The notes beneath the pieces are model-generated. The model ran no database searches, was not told where the DNA came from, and saw only the letters and a list, made by a program, of their open reading frames with translations. A DNA stretch of 57,660 bases, counting the filler, from Sphacelaria rigidula (taxonomy: Eukaryota), in NCBI GenBank assembly GCA_964200075.2. It is 6 parts of 6 records of this genome, joined end to end, with 100 filler letters (N's around TTAATTAATTAA, not from the genome) between each part and the next. Parts side by side here need not be neighbours in the genome. Positions count along the whole stretch, not along the records: positions 1 to 9,527 come from CAXNAA020008291.1; positions 9,628 to 19,154 come from CAXNAA020008292.1; 4 more parts are not named here. One strand, given 5' to 3'. A program made the translations under genes and the position numbers. This document shows positions 1 through 13,250 of this stretch, piece after piece. Numbering within the stretch: position 1 is the first letter of the stretch; each line of letters begins with the position of its first letter.

Positions 1-302
1 CATTGTCCGCTTCCCCTTTATCTTCTCCTGCACCAAGCACGCACACACGGCTCTAGACACCCTACTTGCAAGCAGTGCAAACAGTAGAGACCATTTACCG
101 TTTCACGATTTTCACTGTATTTCCTCGATCGAAAGCTTGAAAATCCATCCGGGCCCAACTGCATCAAAACGAGAAATTTTCACTTGACTCAATTCCACCG
201 CTCGAGGAACGTAAATGCGGTGGACTTATCAGATAGGCGAAAAAAAAATCGATCGCACTTTTTCGATCGAAAAAAAAGGTGCTAAGACACGCCCTGAAAA
301 TA

Positions 303-575
303 GAGGATACGATTGAGAGTGAAGAGCGCTCAACTAATGAATGAATCGCTTCAGTTCCGAGATGACCCTCCACGAGGCCCGATATGCTTTCTGTTGTAGC
401 TTGCCACTGAGGCGCTAGATATCCCCGGGTAGGATATCGACGTGTAGCTGTAAGCACACGCCAGTGATGAAGGCAAAAAATGTCACACACGGGATGAAAA
501 ATGGCTATGAGGAAGCGAATGATCAAAGCCACTCTCAATCAGCGCTTTACTCTCAATCTCACGAAAACGTTGTTA
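303..575 (+). repeat. Dispersed repeat, second copy at ~41235-41506
   Basis: Colinear similarity, e.g. gtagcttgccactgaggc and actctcaatctcacg.aaacgttgtt in both. Confidence 0.8.
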
Positions 576-721
576 CTGGCGATTCCCGAGACCAGCTTTC
601 AGAGCACATCAAAATCGAGGTCAGTTGTGCAATCCACACGGAGCACACTTATGCGATATATTGAATCTGGTGAGAAATCTTGATTAAAAGCATATCTCGA
701 TAATAGAATATACCGAAACGA

Positions 722-972
722 GGGTATCGATCGTTACCGGTACCCCGTGCCTCAAGAAATGAATGTTCACAATAAAAACCAGCGTCATCCGCTGACTATT
801 CTATGAGGCGGTTTCGTACTGAGATATCTCCGCAGCCATGTCGCTCGAGAATGAGTAGGCTAAGCCAGTGTATCAATCGTTACCCCGTGCCCCAAGGTTC
901 ACAATGAAAACCAGCGTCATCCGCTGACTAATTCGTGAGGGAGTTTCGTACAATCTGCGATCAAGATATCTC
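722..972 (+). repeat. Local tandem duplication (~105 bp x2)
   Basis: aaaccagcgtcatccgctgacta...gtttcgtac...agatatctc at ~776-830 and ~908-972. Confidence 0.8.
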
Positions 973-1950
973 AGGACGTTGCGGGATTTACTCCACATTC
1001 AATCAACCAGGTTGCATCTGACCGAGCTGTTGAATAGGTCGGCGTCTGTCTGCCCTGTGATTCAACAAATGACACGATGTGGGGATCACGGCCCGATTCG
1101 TCTGTGTTGATTAAATACAGCCGTGACAGTTGAATCCGTTGTAATGCCGACCCTCGTCGCTCAGTAGTCCCCCTCTGCGGTTACTCCTGGTCACTGTTTA
1201 CCGTGCATTCCATTATCCGTGAACGCCGATTCATGCGACGCCATTTGCCCAAAGCACTTGATTCCCACTTTTTCGCAGTTGTGAACATGAGACCTGTTGC
1301 GGGGGTCTGGCGCCGAAGGAACTGAACGCTTGTGGGGACAATGAACGGTCACGTCTCATGGCTTCCGGTGTGTTTTCTCATCATGTTTCCTCCTATACCG
1401 ACTGCGATGGATGTACCGTGCAGTGAGTGCTACCGGTGAGATCTACTGGCCGAAAAGTGCAGTGACCCCCTCGTTTCCTATCCATCTATCAGCAGGCCCT
1501 TCTCCGCGAGGATCCTCTTCATGTGCCGCGGTGGATCCAAATTGGTACATTCAAGCTTCAGCGACAATTATTTCCCAACACGTGTGACACGTGACATTGA
1601 TGAAGAGCAAAGTGCCGTATGCTGCGGGTTCCCCTCATGTACAAAAATCAAACATACTAAGAAATGAAACACTACCTTACACAGCACTACAAGGTCACGG
1701 TGTTGGTCGCCAGCTGGCCCGAGGATACTGCATAGCCTGTGACGCACATGGCGCTGAAGTCGACTCCCGCTCAGACCTGCTGTCCACTTGTCACATAATG
1801 GAAAATGGCATATATTGTTGTCGTCACAAGCCGTTGATCCTTTTCTTGCCCCTGAACTCGGTCTGTGCCCTCCGCCTCAGTGACATATCCTCTGCTGAGC
1901 TACACGCGTGCCGGTAGTGCACTGGTGGTGATACCTACCGAAGCTCCACT

Positions 1951-3339
1951 ATGAATGGATCGCGGGATATGCCACTTTCATCTCCTCCTGCCGGAGTTTT
2001 ACGGGATATCGGCAACAAAAACAACGTCAACAACGTTGGCTCGGCCGACGCACGGCACAAGCTTGGCGCCGTTAAGCTGTTTCATGACGAGAACACAGAC
2101 GCTGCCAACTCGTCGACAGGTAGGAGGGGATCGAGCAAACTCTCGGTTAAAACCCCAGGCTTGAATACTTCGAATGAAGCAATGGTCCGTCGCATGGAGG
2201 CTGCAGAAGCAGAAGCAGCGCGGTACAGAGAAGAGCTGCGGCAGGCCCTAGCCACAGTGAAACAAAGAAATCAGAGAGTGCAAGAACTCAAGGCATCGCA
2301 CGCGCAGTCGAACGAGCGGTATACGGTCTTGCTGAAGAGCAACGACGAGGCTAGCAAGGAGCTAGCGGTGTTACGCACTCAGCTTGCTAGTAATGGCGGT
2401 GTCGGTGGAGCATCGGCGGCTGCTACCGTGGCAAACGTGGAGCGATTAAAGGCCGAGGCGGAGAGGATGGAATCCAGCAACGAGCTATTGAGGGAGGAGC
2501 GGGCAGCTCTCAACCGCCGCCTCACCAAGCGCGACGCGGCCTGCGCGGGGATGAAAGACGAACTTTCAGCGGCAGTGAAAAGGGAGGACGACCTGCGGGA
2601 GCAACTGGAAACACTGCAGTTGGATCTTGAAAAGGCTTCCGCGGAAGCACACGAGAATGCTGAAGCTCTGGCTGAAGCAAGAGAGCAAGTGTCCCAAGAG
2701 GACGGCGATGGAGGAACAGCGTGGCCGCTCCAAAAGGCCGCGCTTGAGGCGCAGGTGCAAGACCTGGAAGAACAGCTCGCGGCAGCGGGGCGCCGGAACG
2801 CGTCTCTGGTGGCGGAGCGTGTAGTCATGGGGGAAGAGACGACCCGTCAGAGTCGAGAGCACGAGGTGCTAGTGACCAGCTTGCAGGAAGAACTGTCAAC
2901 GTTGCATCGGCGTACGTCGGCGGATTTGCGGGATTGGCAGCGGCGACACCGCGAAGCGGTGGCGGCGCAACGGGCGGTAGAAGGGCAGCTAGAGCGACTC
3001 GTCGAGGCAGGGAAGTCCATCGCGCTTGTCGGTGAGCGACAGGCTTCTCTTCAACAGTCTCTACACGAGACGCGTGACTTGTTGTGCGCAGCGATGAAGA
3101 GCAAGATCACGTCGGCGGAGGCCGAGGCGGAGAGGGGTAGTGCCGCGGCGCCGCCAGAGAGGGTTGTAGAAGGTATACTGGAACATGTGTTGGGGCGTGT
3201 ATTCGCCATCGATGATGTGCAGGGTAACGAGGGATACCTCGATGGGGAAGAAGTCAGACGACGCGAAACAGAGCATGAGTTGAGGCGGGCGGCGTTGGCG
3301 GACCTTGGGGATACCCTGAAAAGGGTTACGGTGGAAATG
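1951..3339 (+). CDS. Exon 1 of a long coiled-coil protein (function unknown; possibly cell-cycle/centrosomal)
   Basis: 463-codon GC-rich open frame, E/A/L/R/Q heptad-like composition; ends at ATG|gtgaga donor (3340), phase 0. Confidence 0.85.
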
Positions 3340-4349
3340 GTGAGATGCGGATCGCAGCATGACTTGAAAGATACTGTCATGTGCTGTCGGTAGCTTTGGA
3401 TACTTCACCCAGAACCGTCTCCTCTACTGTTTGTTTATATTTTTTCAAACATCTGCACTTGCATTTACTCGGCCATTCCACATACCTCGATATTTATCGC
3501 TCTCTTTTTCGTGATCGGTTTCTTTGCTTTACGTAAGGGCGCTGGGCGGTGCTGCGGTGGGGCTAGAGTCACCCCATTCACCACCCTCAAGAAGATCGAG
3601 GCGCGGTCGATTTTAGGCTGCCTGAATACCCTGTCACGCAGCTACGTCTCTCGCGAATCTTGATTCAACTCTATTTGTATATAATAGGGCATATTTGGTC
3701 AGCAGACATGTACACAGTCGGCGTGGTATATACATCATGTTGATGGAGATGCCCTCAGGCGCGGACAGCGATGACAACGACATGCGGGTGAAACGCTCAA
3801 CTGAACGTGACATAGTGAACAAGGCAGTAACGCCGCAGTACCGCGTGCTGACTTATTGATGCTCCTACGTCTCGTGATCAATTTTTTATGCTAATTCCTG
3901 ATGACTTGTAGATGTAACTTATGTTCGTCACTTTGGTAAACATGCCCGATGATGGTATCGCGCTGGGCAACCGTTGGTCCGTGTTCGAAGTCGGCGATCC
4001 AGTTGCATTCAGTTTGTCGGGTACAATCAGGGCACCGTCGAGCTGCCGTCAATCTCAAGACGAGAAAAAAAGTGCTGCAGACCCAGCAACAAGAGATTGC
4101 TTCGGGGTTTTACAGGGGGATTGAACGAGTGAAAACCATGAAATGGCGTCGAACGCCTTGTAGCGCAAGCTCGATGAAGTCCTCACCCGGGTACTTTTGT
4201 GACATCCTGGTATATCGGATGAACCACGTGCGTCCTCCTGTTCCGGAGTCAGTGCAACGGACTCAATCAAGCAAAATCTGAGTGGGGTAGAGGCAGCGCT
4301 AAGGTCAAGTCAAAATGTCCTTTTGAGTCAAAGAACTTACAGAAGATTC

Positions 4350-4516
4350 CAAGGGCAGGTCGAGTAGAGTGTACTCAAGTCAGGGTAGAGTGTTGCGAGT
4401 CGTACCCCAAAAAAATCTGGGAAGCGATTCCTGAAACCCAACCCTCAATTTGCGCACTTAAAGTACGACTTTCAAAATACCCCGCAATCGAGTATACTCT
4501 ACTCGACCTACCCTTG
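4350..4516. mobile_element. hAT-like MITE (family A)
   Basis: TIR caagggcaggtcgagtagagtgtactc / gagtatactctactcgacctacccttg; 8-bp TSD gaagattc/caagattc (7/8). Confidence 0.8.
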
Positions 4517-6633
4517 CAAGATTCCCAATTTTAATCGAATCGCGTAACCTGAGAGTCACCAGATGAAAATTCCTTTTTTTTTTTGCGATGAAACATGCAG
4601 TCATTGAATGATTGTGCTCCCTTCTCTTCTTGGGCAAAGTGTGACGCGAGGGCGATAGTATCTCGCAACATTATGACGGTCCCGTCCGTGAAGCCCAGGT
4701 GGTGGTTCACCCTAACACGTCGATGAGAAGTTGCTTTATCTGCCGCACACCAGCTGAAACTACTTTCAAACGTCGTCAGGCATTTTGCAATAATTTAAGA
4801 GTGGCTTATACTCGTTGTTTAGCCAGAAGACGGCGGGACCAAGCGCACAGACTCCAACCTCGAATATATTGTCACCTGAACGAAAATGGTCAAATATAGC
4901 TCTGCTTCTGGGCATATCAAGTTTTACCGGGAGGACGTATTTACTACCTAGATGCGATCAGGCACAACGTGAAGAAACACATACCCGAATGCTATCGCCC
5001 AGGTTCGCGCATCGTTACAAGCTACAAGCTACCCTATGAGAATCGCTGCTTTAGCCCATGATTCAAATCTGACTAATCTACATGTATTGTACTGGAGGTA
5101 CGTGAAAATTCTTGATTGTTTGGTTAGTTGATCGTTTGACGTTTGTCGCGCACATGACTGATTTGCTTCGATCATTGGTCCATGCATCATATGCTTTAGG
5201 GACAAGAAAAATGGTGTGTGGTCTACCCCGCCACATTCACATCAGGGATCTCCGGAGCCCAAGCCCGTCGCAATCCTACCAATAGATACCTTAGATTCCA
5301 CCAGCAATCCATCATGCGTAGAAAAGAATGTTATTTTTTTTTGTTCCTGAAGCAAAGCATTCGGCGTTTCAACCAGTGAGCGTTGGAGACGCCGGATATC
5401 CTTGATGTCGTCATGGCAGGATAGACCACACGCCATGTCTTTTGGTCATAAGATGGATACATATGTCATTACTGACTGCGAAATCCCATGCGTGATCTCC
5501 GGGCCACCGTTTCACCACACAAGGGTGCTTCGATGTCGTTAGGCCCTTGCTGCATTCTTACCGGACATGCAGCAAGGAATCAGCGACATCGAACCACCCT
5601 CGGGTTGTGGAGTAGCTAGCATGATGGTCGTGCGTAGGATCTCGCGGTTGGTGCTAACCCCGGTATCCGTTTCACGAACAAAAGATATTGCGGGTGGCCT
5701 GTGCAGCCATGATAACATCAGATATCTCGGAGCCCAAGCCCCTCGCAAGCTTTTCCATTTGAACTTCAAAGTCCGCCAACAATCGATCATGGCGAGAATC
5801 GAACCTCATGTATTTAGTTCTTGAAGCAGGACGTTTGTCATTCGAACCATTGAGCGCTGGGGATGCCGGAAATCCCTGATGTCACCATGGCAGGATATAC
5901 CACACGCCATATATTTTGCGTTCGCTAGAAGTCTCTAATGCTGGTTACGCAACACAACACTTGTTGGTCACGAGTCAGGAGGGACAGCATGCCCAAGCAG
6001 CCCCCCTAGTACAGACGGTAGTTGGACTGCCAACTGTGCCAGTCACTAGCCCGTCACATCACGCGACACTGCAGTGTCTAGACTGCCGTATCCGCCTTGC
6101 TTGTGACTGAGCCCCATTGAAGATGCGCACGGGGCCATACACTTACCCCCGGCACAGGGCACCGGGGACAACAAATGTGACGTGTCTGTACGTTGATTAC
6201 TTTTCTCGATTTCGGCCTTGGTGCAAGGTACTCATTTGACCTCATTTTTATAGCAGTAAAACCAATATCCATGGTAATCATACGACATCCCCCGAGCACC
6301 CCCACTTACACCCTCCCCCCCCCCAAGAACTTCTTTCGCGGGACTACCAGCCGGTATTCCGCGGATATGTTATCCAGTAATACCGATACGGGAAGGGACG
6401 TCGCATTCATTCACTTTGTTAAACATTATCGACTATCAGGTCCGTTCCGCCGCCGGTCTTCCGTAGCCAGTGAGCAAAAACAAAAAGGGGCCTGCACCTA
6501 ACGATCCGAGAAAGAAGCTAGTCTCTGTCTTCGCGTCGCGCGTTGTTTTGTTTTTTAACGAGTAAGGCATCAGTGTTGCAGCGTACTGCAGTGCCGTGAC
6601 TTGAATCCTGTTGTTGTTGAACTGCCTCTGCAG

Positions 6634-6699
6634 GAAGCGCTGAGGGAAAGCGGAGACGCAGAGGCGAGGGTTCATCTGGAGCGAGCCCAACAGCTTGAG
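6634..6699 (+). CDS. Exon 2 of coiled-coil protein (EALRESGDAEARVHLERAQQLE)
   Basis: cctctgcag| acceptor, GAG|gtacgt donor, 66 nt, phase 0-0, coiled-coil composition continues. Confidence 0.75.
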
Positions 6700-8132
6700 G
6701 TACGTTCTATCGTTCGCCTAAATGCAGTATCATGAAAAATCAGGAACACCCGTACTTTTGGCCCACGATAAGAGCAAGAAGTACCGCACTTGACACTTTG
6801 ACCGCCGGGGTGGGTTATCTAGATCTCACGGTCATTTTTCGGGTGGGGACGATGCCGATCCAACATATGACCACTCCTGACGGCCAAATGGTTTACGTTG
6901 CAAGTGTTACTCCCGGCTCATTTGTCATGGTCGTAGGGCGTTCTACCCTAGTATGCAAGGTGCCTCTGCATACTTGGGGGGGGGGGGGGCGTACTCATTT
7001 GTCCTCTGCATCCTTGGGGGGGGTGCGAACTGTGGCAACCGTAGATTGTGGGGGTCAGCTGGTTTGCGANNNNNNNNNNGTGTGTGGTGTGTGTTTGTTG
7101 GTCTGTTGTTGGGGGGGTTCAGGGGTTTGGGGGGTGTTGTTGGTGGGGTGGGGGGCGTACTCATTTGTCCTCTGCATACTTGGGGGGTGTTCGAACTGTG
7201 TCAACCGTAGATTGTCGGGGCCAGCTGTTTTCCGAAGTGACGTTGAATTCTCCTGAGGTTCCTCGGACTCTGTAAATTCCGGTCCCCTGGACAATATCCT
7301 TGATAGATCATTCCCCACGACCAAAAGCTTGCTATCGTGGCTACCTGATTTTCACGAGAGGCTGACGTTCCATCGCTAGCAATCTGTGCGTGCCCTGCAT
7401 AACTACAGTATTGAAAATTTAGAACCAGGAAGCAGGCCTTACGGTAGCCAGTCTTACGCGGGATCGTGATGTTCCAATAACTCCCCAGGGACAAAACGAC
7501 GATCCTCGGCTATAGTAATCACTCTCCGTGTTTGAGTATAGACTTGCTTCTTGCATCACGCATGACGCGGCACGGAAGACGAGGCAGTTCTCTTACCAGT
7601 AGCATAAATCGGGGGGAAACGACTCCAAAAGACAGTCCCTTGGATAATTTTTGTTGTACCGTTATCGCCGGGTGCATCCACGCTCAACGAATGACCTCTC
7701 CCAGAGCAACTGGAGTTGTAAAGAGGAGCTCTCTGCACGTCCACCCATTTTTGCCTTTTCCATTTTTCGTGACGATGTCATCACCATTTTTCGTTTGTAT
7801 TAGTTTTTTGTTGATGCATCAGGCGGAGCTGGTTGTACTTATCATCATGTCCACCTACGTTTCCAACAGTTGATACCGTAGGATTAATCTTTTCCCGTTT
7901 TGGTGATGCAGCACGAACTCTAAAGGGCGTCCGCGAGCACCACGAAACAAAAAATCATCCTTCATCCACTCTCAGTCGAGCGACTATAGCTCTTGATACG
8001 GCTCCGCCTGATCTTGCTGTAAATTTGGATGTACATATTTGTTAGGGACATCCTCTTCATTCACCTGCTTTCCGTTGTTGTACTTATTACTACAATCGTG
8101 CAGCCGCTCCAACTTTCTCCCCAGCTGTACAG

Positions 8133-8489
8133 CAGGGTTAAAAACAAGGTTCTCTGCGCATCTGCGCCAGCCCAGATTTTTGGCCTTAATCGCGCGCAAC
8201 GCAGTTGTGAGAAGAGCTGTGTGCGGCATGCCGCATGTGAAAAAAACTTGGCCGCACAATTTTCGCCGGAGGCGAGAAAAATCGTGGGTGTGTTTCCGCC
8301 TGTAGGGGGGAAACCTTGGGCTGCTTTTCGCGCTTTTTTGCATATCTTGACGTGAAAATCCTATATCTTTGGCCTCCGGCAGCCCTCACGCGGGGGGCGG
8401 CGCTACGGGGGAGGTGGCACTCGAGGGGTCTTTGCGGGGGGTCGCAGGCGCCGGCGTATACAAAACCTCCGCGACTTTTTTGTACCCTG
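8133..8489. mobile_element. hAT-like MITE in intron 2 of coiled-coil gene
   Basis: CAGGGT..AAAA / TTTT..ACCCTG termini and perfect 8-bp TSD ctgtacag (8125-8132, 8490-8497). Confidence 0.8.
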
Positions 8490-8958
8490 CTGTACAGGCC
8501 GTGGCTAAGGACTGTAACTAACTGCGTTTAAACAAGGGGCTGATTGGCTAGCTGTTTAGGTGGCCGTTCTGAACGAATGCTAACGCGCCTGTCAACCAAG
8601 CTCCCATTGCATTAGCTGACCATCGCTGTGATGTGTTGTCTGTTATTACCCGGCTACAGTATCCCAAGCGTTGATTGACCTTCGTCAGCTCCCCTTGCAT
8701 ATCCGTCATCTTAACAAAAACTGATATGATACTTCAATTATTTCAACTAGCCTCTCAAAAATTCTGCCGCTCCCACAGAAAAACATGTTCCTTTGACTCG
8801 TAAATAGTTCGCTTTGTATAGAGTGGTGATATTTCTTGCACTTGATGATGAGACAACCGTTCCTTTTAGGTATTGTATTATGCGGGCTATTTGTCGCGCG
8901 GGTCATTTATCTGCGGCCTAATCCACACAATGCGGGTCATTTTTTCGTGCGGGGTCAG

Positions 8959-9210
8959 GTCGAGCTGGAGAGCATCCGCGAGCAGCACCAAGCAGCCGTT
9001 TCAGCGCTTGCAGCGGAACGTGCGGCATCGGAGGAGAAAGTACAGAGACTCGCGCAACAAGTAAAAATGGGTGAGAGTGAGAAAGAGAGACTCGAGCTAG
9101 AGCTGGAAACCACGGTGCAACTTACCGAGATGGCTCTCGCAGCCAAGGGTGCCGAAGTGGCGAAGGAAGATCAACAGCAACAGGTAGCCCGTCGCGCCGA
9201 GGAGGAGTCG
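8959..9210 (+). CDS. Exon 3 of coiled-coil protein (VELESIREQH...RRAEEES); gene continues beyond fragment end
   Basis: gtcag| acceptor, TCG|gtgagt donor, 252 nt, phase 0-0. Confidence 0.8.
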
Positions 9211-9527
9211 GTGAGTTTTTTGTTCACCATGGCATGGATCATGACACTACATGTGTACACTCCCTCTCTTGCGAAAATAGGGTGTGTTTGGTTGCTCGTA
9301 TCTCACCTTCTTGGGCGACGTACTAGATGTCGGGTGGGATCGATCGGAAAATGTTTTTTCGGGTGTGTATCTTGAGCTAGAAAAACCACGTGCTCCGATG
9401 CATTTCGCCAGAAATACAGGTATCGTGGTATAAAATTACGTCTGTTCGTTTTTTTTTTTTTGTCGGGCATTGTCTGCCCGAAATATACCCTTGGGGTTGG
9501 TTTTCTTCGAGGCGGACTTTGATGTTT

Positions 9528-9627
9528 NNNNNNNNNNNNNNNNNNNNNNNNNNNNNNNNNNNNNNNNNNNNTTAATTAATTAANNNNNNNNNNNNNNNNN
9601 NNNNNNNNNNNNNNNNNNNNNNNNNNN
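9528..9627. other. Artificial contig linker (N44-TTAATTAATTAA-N44)
   Basis: Six-frame stop linker, 100 nt; recurs every 9626-9627 nt. Confidence 0.97.
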
Positions 9628-9799
9628 AAATCAAATCGGACATCTTTAAGGGCTCGTACAAACATAACGATACAGACTTATGGGACAGAGGAAGTATGAG
9701 CAGAAGAAGAAACGAGTACAGCGTTGCGCACGGAGTTTCACTTTTCGGCGGCTGTGCAGGATATACGTGGTTTGGATACGTTGATATATCCATCTCGAG

Positions 9800-10175
9800 C
9801 TGCATTCGCGGCGGTGGCTCAGTCGGTAACCTCGAAACCTTTTGGCGGTTGAGACGTGGGTTCGAAACTCGCTCAAGTCACAAGATCTGGGTATTTCTCA
9901 CATCATGCCCAGCAGTGGATAGCGATTGTGTCGTGGGTAGACAAAGTTCAACTCAACAGTTGACGAAGTAAAGAGGCCGCTGAACCCTTCTCGCGATCAA
10001 AAGCGAGGCAGGCACCGCAGAAGAAAGGTGGGGTACCAAAACCATTAAAAAAACGACAAATTCCGGAGCTGACCTTCCTCCTGTGTGATCCTGGCTGATG
10101 CCCCTACATATACCGAAAGGTGTAAAGGCTGCGGCGCCCAGAATAGATGGAATGACAACACAATAACACACACAC
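9800..10175 (+). mobile_element. tRNA-derived SINE copy
   Basis: A-box tggctcagtcgg, B-box ggttcgaaac, conserved body, (AC)-rich tail. Confidence 0.8.
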
Positions 10176-11835
10176 CAAGCCATTTCTGGTCCTCACCATG
10201 CACCTTAGACATTACTTCTCAGCCTATCCTTGGGGCGTTTTACTGCGGTGAATCGCCGTGTTCGCATATTGCCTGCAGCGACTATACCGTGTCATGCAAG
10301 ATACATGACACCAAGAGTGCTGCATACTGTAAACCATGTCCTGAACGGCTGAGAACGAAGTCGTCAGCGGTGGAAGGTACAGGTTTCGAACTCGTAAATC
10401 TTTTGTAAGGGTCATGCCTTTCTACGACAAAATATTGTCAGTGACTCATTGGCACACAAGGATGATACGCGAGGCATGACAAATGTACCTTTGTCACACC
10501 AGAGTACCGAGGTCTTCGCTACGTGGCTCAACGCGTTCTGCCTAGGTAGGCCGAAGCGTGAGCAAGAGGTATGATCTAAAAGACACGAGGATCCGCCGGA
10601 TATGATAACATGTTGATAAGATGGCTCAGTCTTTTTTCATCGCCGTGATGCCTCCTGCCTTTCGTGTACCCTTACCACGAGTGTCGTGTGTAGGTATGTA
10701 GGCTTTTTTTGTTGTGCCTAGTATTTTTATTATAGGGCTGTGAACTGGACCACTTCCTACTGACGAATAAAGTGGATTCGAATGCGATTGAGGCCTGCAC
10801 TTAGCAGTTGGAGAGTAATGTGGGGTATCAATTGAGACAGAGGGCGCTTCGAAGGCGTCGGCGGAAATTGTCAACGTCAATGACGCGTGAAACAGTGGTG
10901 CACAGCTTCATGTTTTGTCTTCAATGTTTCGGTGGACTTGCACGGCATACGTCTGGCGTTTTGGAGTAGTACCATAGCGCAGACGAAAAACGGGTTTGCC
11001 CTGGGGCCGTCACTAGCTGACGACTCAAGGTGTTTTCCGTCTTTTCTAGTCTCGTCTGCTTCGTCGGTACCTCGTGGTTATGCAAATTTCCGTTTTTTCG
11101 GCCGTAGCGTGTGGGTCGAAGACTGGTCCGCTGAATAAGGAGAATGAAGAAATAAAAGAAAGTTGTGGCTTATATGCGGCGGAACGCTTGGTGCGGAAGT
11201 GCGGAACGCCAAACCTCAGTTGCCATTTGTATGAAAAACATTTTGAACATGATGCAGCACAACATGCTCACTACACTTCAAAGTGATGGGATTCGTCCAT
11301 TCCGTACAGCTCCCGCCTTCATACCATGCCGACCGGCAACTACAGCTCCCGCTTTCACATCATTCTTATCCCCAGTAGCAGCCACCCCAATATCATGCCT
11401 ACTAGCAGCAACCGCAGCCCCGTTGAAATACCATCAGCAGCAACAGAATGAACCTTACTACTATCCTCCTCAACAGTACACCCCAAACCAACCACACCAA
11501 CAAGCTGCAGCCTCCCCTTCGACTTCAGCACCTCATGCCGATGCGTCACAACAGTCGGAACATCCGCAACTGTTCATGGGGCGTTCCATGAGCGAAGGCG
11601 AGTCCGATTTTCAGCTTAGTAGTCTTGATTTGCGTAGATATGATACGTTACGTGGTGGGACTGCATGTAGTAGGGGTGATGGTACGGAGAAATGGATTTT
11701 ATATAGCGGATATGCCAAGGTTTGTCGCTTCATTGCAGGCGATCCGAAAACAAGAATAACAAATGGTAACCCACGACCACAAGATACAAAATACATCATG
11801 TCTTGCTATTCAACCACACGCGTGTTTGTCGACTA

Positions 11836-12299
11836 GGACGTGAATAGTTTTGCGTTCTTCTCCCCACGTTTTGTCAGCCTTGGCCTACTCGTCCCCATCC
11901 CTCGCTCCTCACGGAGTCTTTCCGGCTGCATGCTACAGATGAATGGTTTTCGAATCGCTCATCGCTTTGAACGCGGGATTTCAGTGTAATTTAAGCCTCT
12001 TAGCTCCTCCATGTGAAGGATCACATTATTAATAACTCCTATCCATATTTTTGAAGGGTCATCAAGCCATATATCGCAGTTTTTCTCGTCTTCGGCGGCG
12101 CTCCCCAAATTTTTTCTCACCAGCCGGGGGGCGCCATTGGGGCTCGCATCGTTAAAATCCTATTCGAAGCGATAAGCGATTCGAGAATCATTCATCTGTG
12201 GCATACAGCCGAAGAGACTCCACGTGAGGAGCAGAGAATGGGAACGAGGACGCAAAGGCTGGCAAGACGTGGGGAGACGAGCGCAAAATTATCGAAGCC
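11836..12299. mobile_element. MITE/foldback with ~130-bp imperfect terminal inverted repeats; single arms also at ~15635-15770, ~18735-18868, ~50455-50593(-)
   Basis: 11840-11970 is the reverse complement of 12163-12295; arm sequence recurs elsewhere. Confidence 0.7.
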
Positions 12300-12900
12300 G
12301 ATTGACGAGGGAAAAACATGGATGTACCGGCCGCTGGCGCGGCCAGTTCACAGCACTAGAATTTTTGTGTCTATACTACGTCGCTGTGCTGACAAGCGCC
12401 GCCGTTCGGCTCACCGGCATCTTTGACCCTACCGCTTTTCCGTCGACAAGCTAAAACAGGGTCCACCTGATTGACTACGCGCACCTTGGTGTCGAGGAAG
12501 CTCAAACTGCCGCCGTGTGCCCTCAAGCTGATCACTGTATCCACGTCTGACAACAGTCGAAGTTCATCGCAGTCTCCATCCGTGCCACCATGAACCTGTA
12601 CACAAAAGCGAGGGGTGAAATGTTTTGAAGATGTGCAGCGCCTCAACCCGAGATTGACGGGAAACGCAACGGGCGTTGCTCAGGATTTGTCTCTGACGGG
12701 GTATAATAAAGCACTTCGAACCAACACTATACAAGCGCGGGAGTGTTTCTGCTCTCACGAGGAAAAAAATGGTTCTCATGGACAACGCACACATGAATGA
12801 ATATCGATGTACGTTGCTAGAAAGACTTCGTCTGAAAGAAAAATAAGTAGCTCTTTTACCGCAACGGGTGGTTCATCTGGCTTTTGATTTCACTAGAAAA

Positions 12901-13250
12901 GCCGGTCGCCCCAATGGCTCAGTTGGTGACCTTCACACCTCTCGACGGTTGGGTCGCGGGTTCGATTCTCGGTAAAGTCAGACAATCCGGCATTCTTGCC
13001 CACACTATGCCCAACATTGGAGAGCGATCATGTTGCGGGTACACAAAATTCGACTTGACGGTCGACGAGGGAGAGGAAGCGCTCAACACGCTTTGCGATA
13101 AAAACAAGGCAATCACCGCAGAAGGAAAGTGGAGTACTGAAACAAAGATAGTAACGAAACTCTCGTGACCCCGGTTGATGCGCCCACATATAGCGAAAGG
13201 TGTAGACTGGCGTCCAGAATAGATGGGGTGACAACACACAGCACACGCAC
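12901..13250 (+). mobile_element. tRNA-derived SINE copy
   Basis: gccggtcgcc start, A-box tggctcagttgg, B-box ggttcgattc, 3' end ccgaaaggtgtagactggcgtccagaatagatgg-like plus AC tail. Confidence 0.85.

Noticed and set aside
6940-7225. Tandem ~80-bp duplication around a 10-N gap and the overlapping G/P-rich ORFs
   Set aside because: Low-quality G-rich sequence flanking a gap; probably an assembly overlap artefact
12901-12975. tRNA genes at SINE heads
   Set aside because: A/B boxes are present but there is no consistent cloverleaf or anticodon, and each head is fused to the same 270-bp body and AC tail
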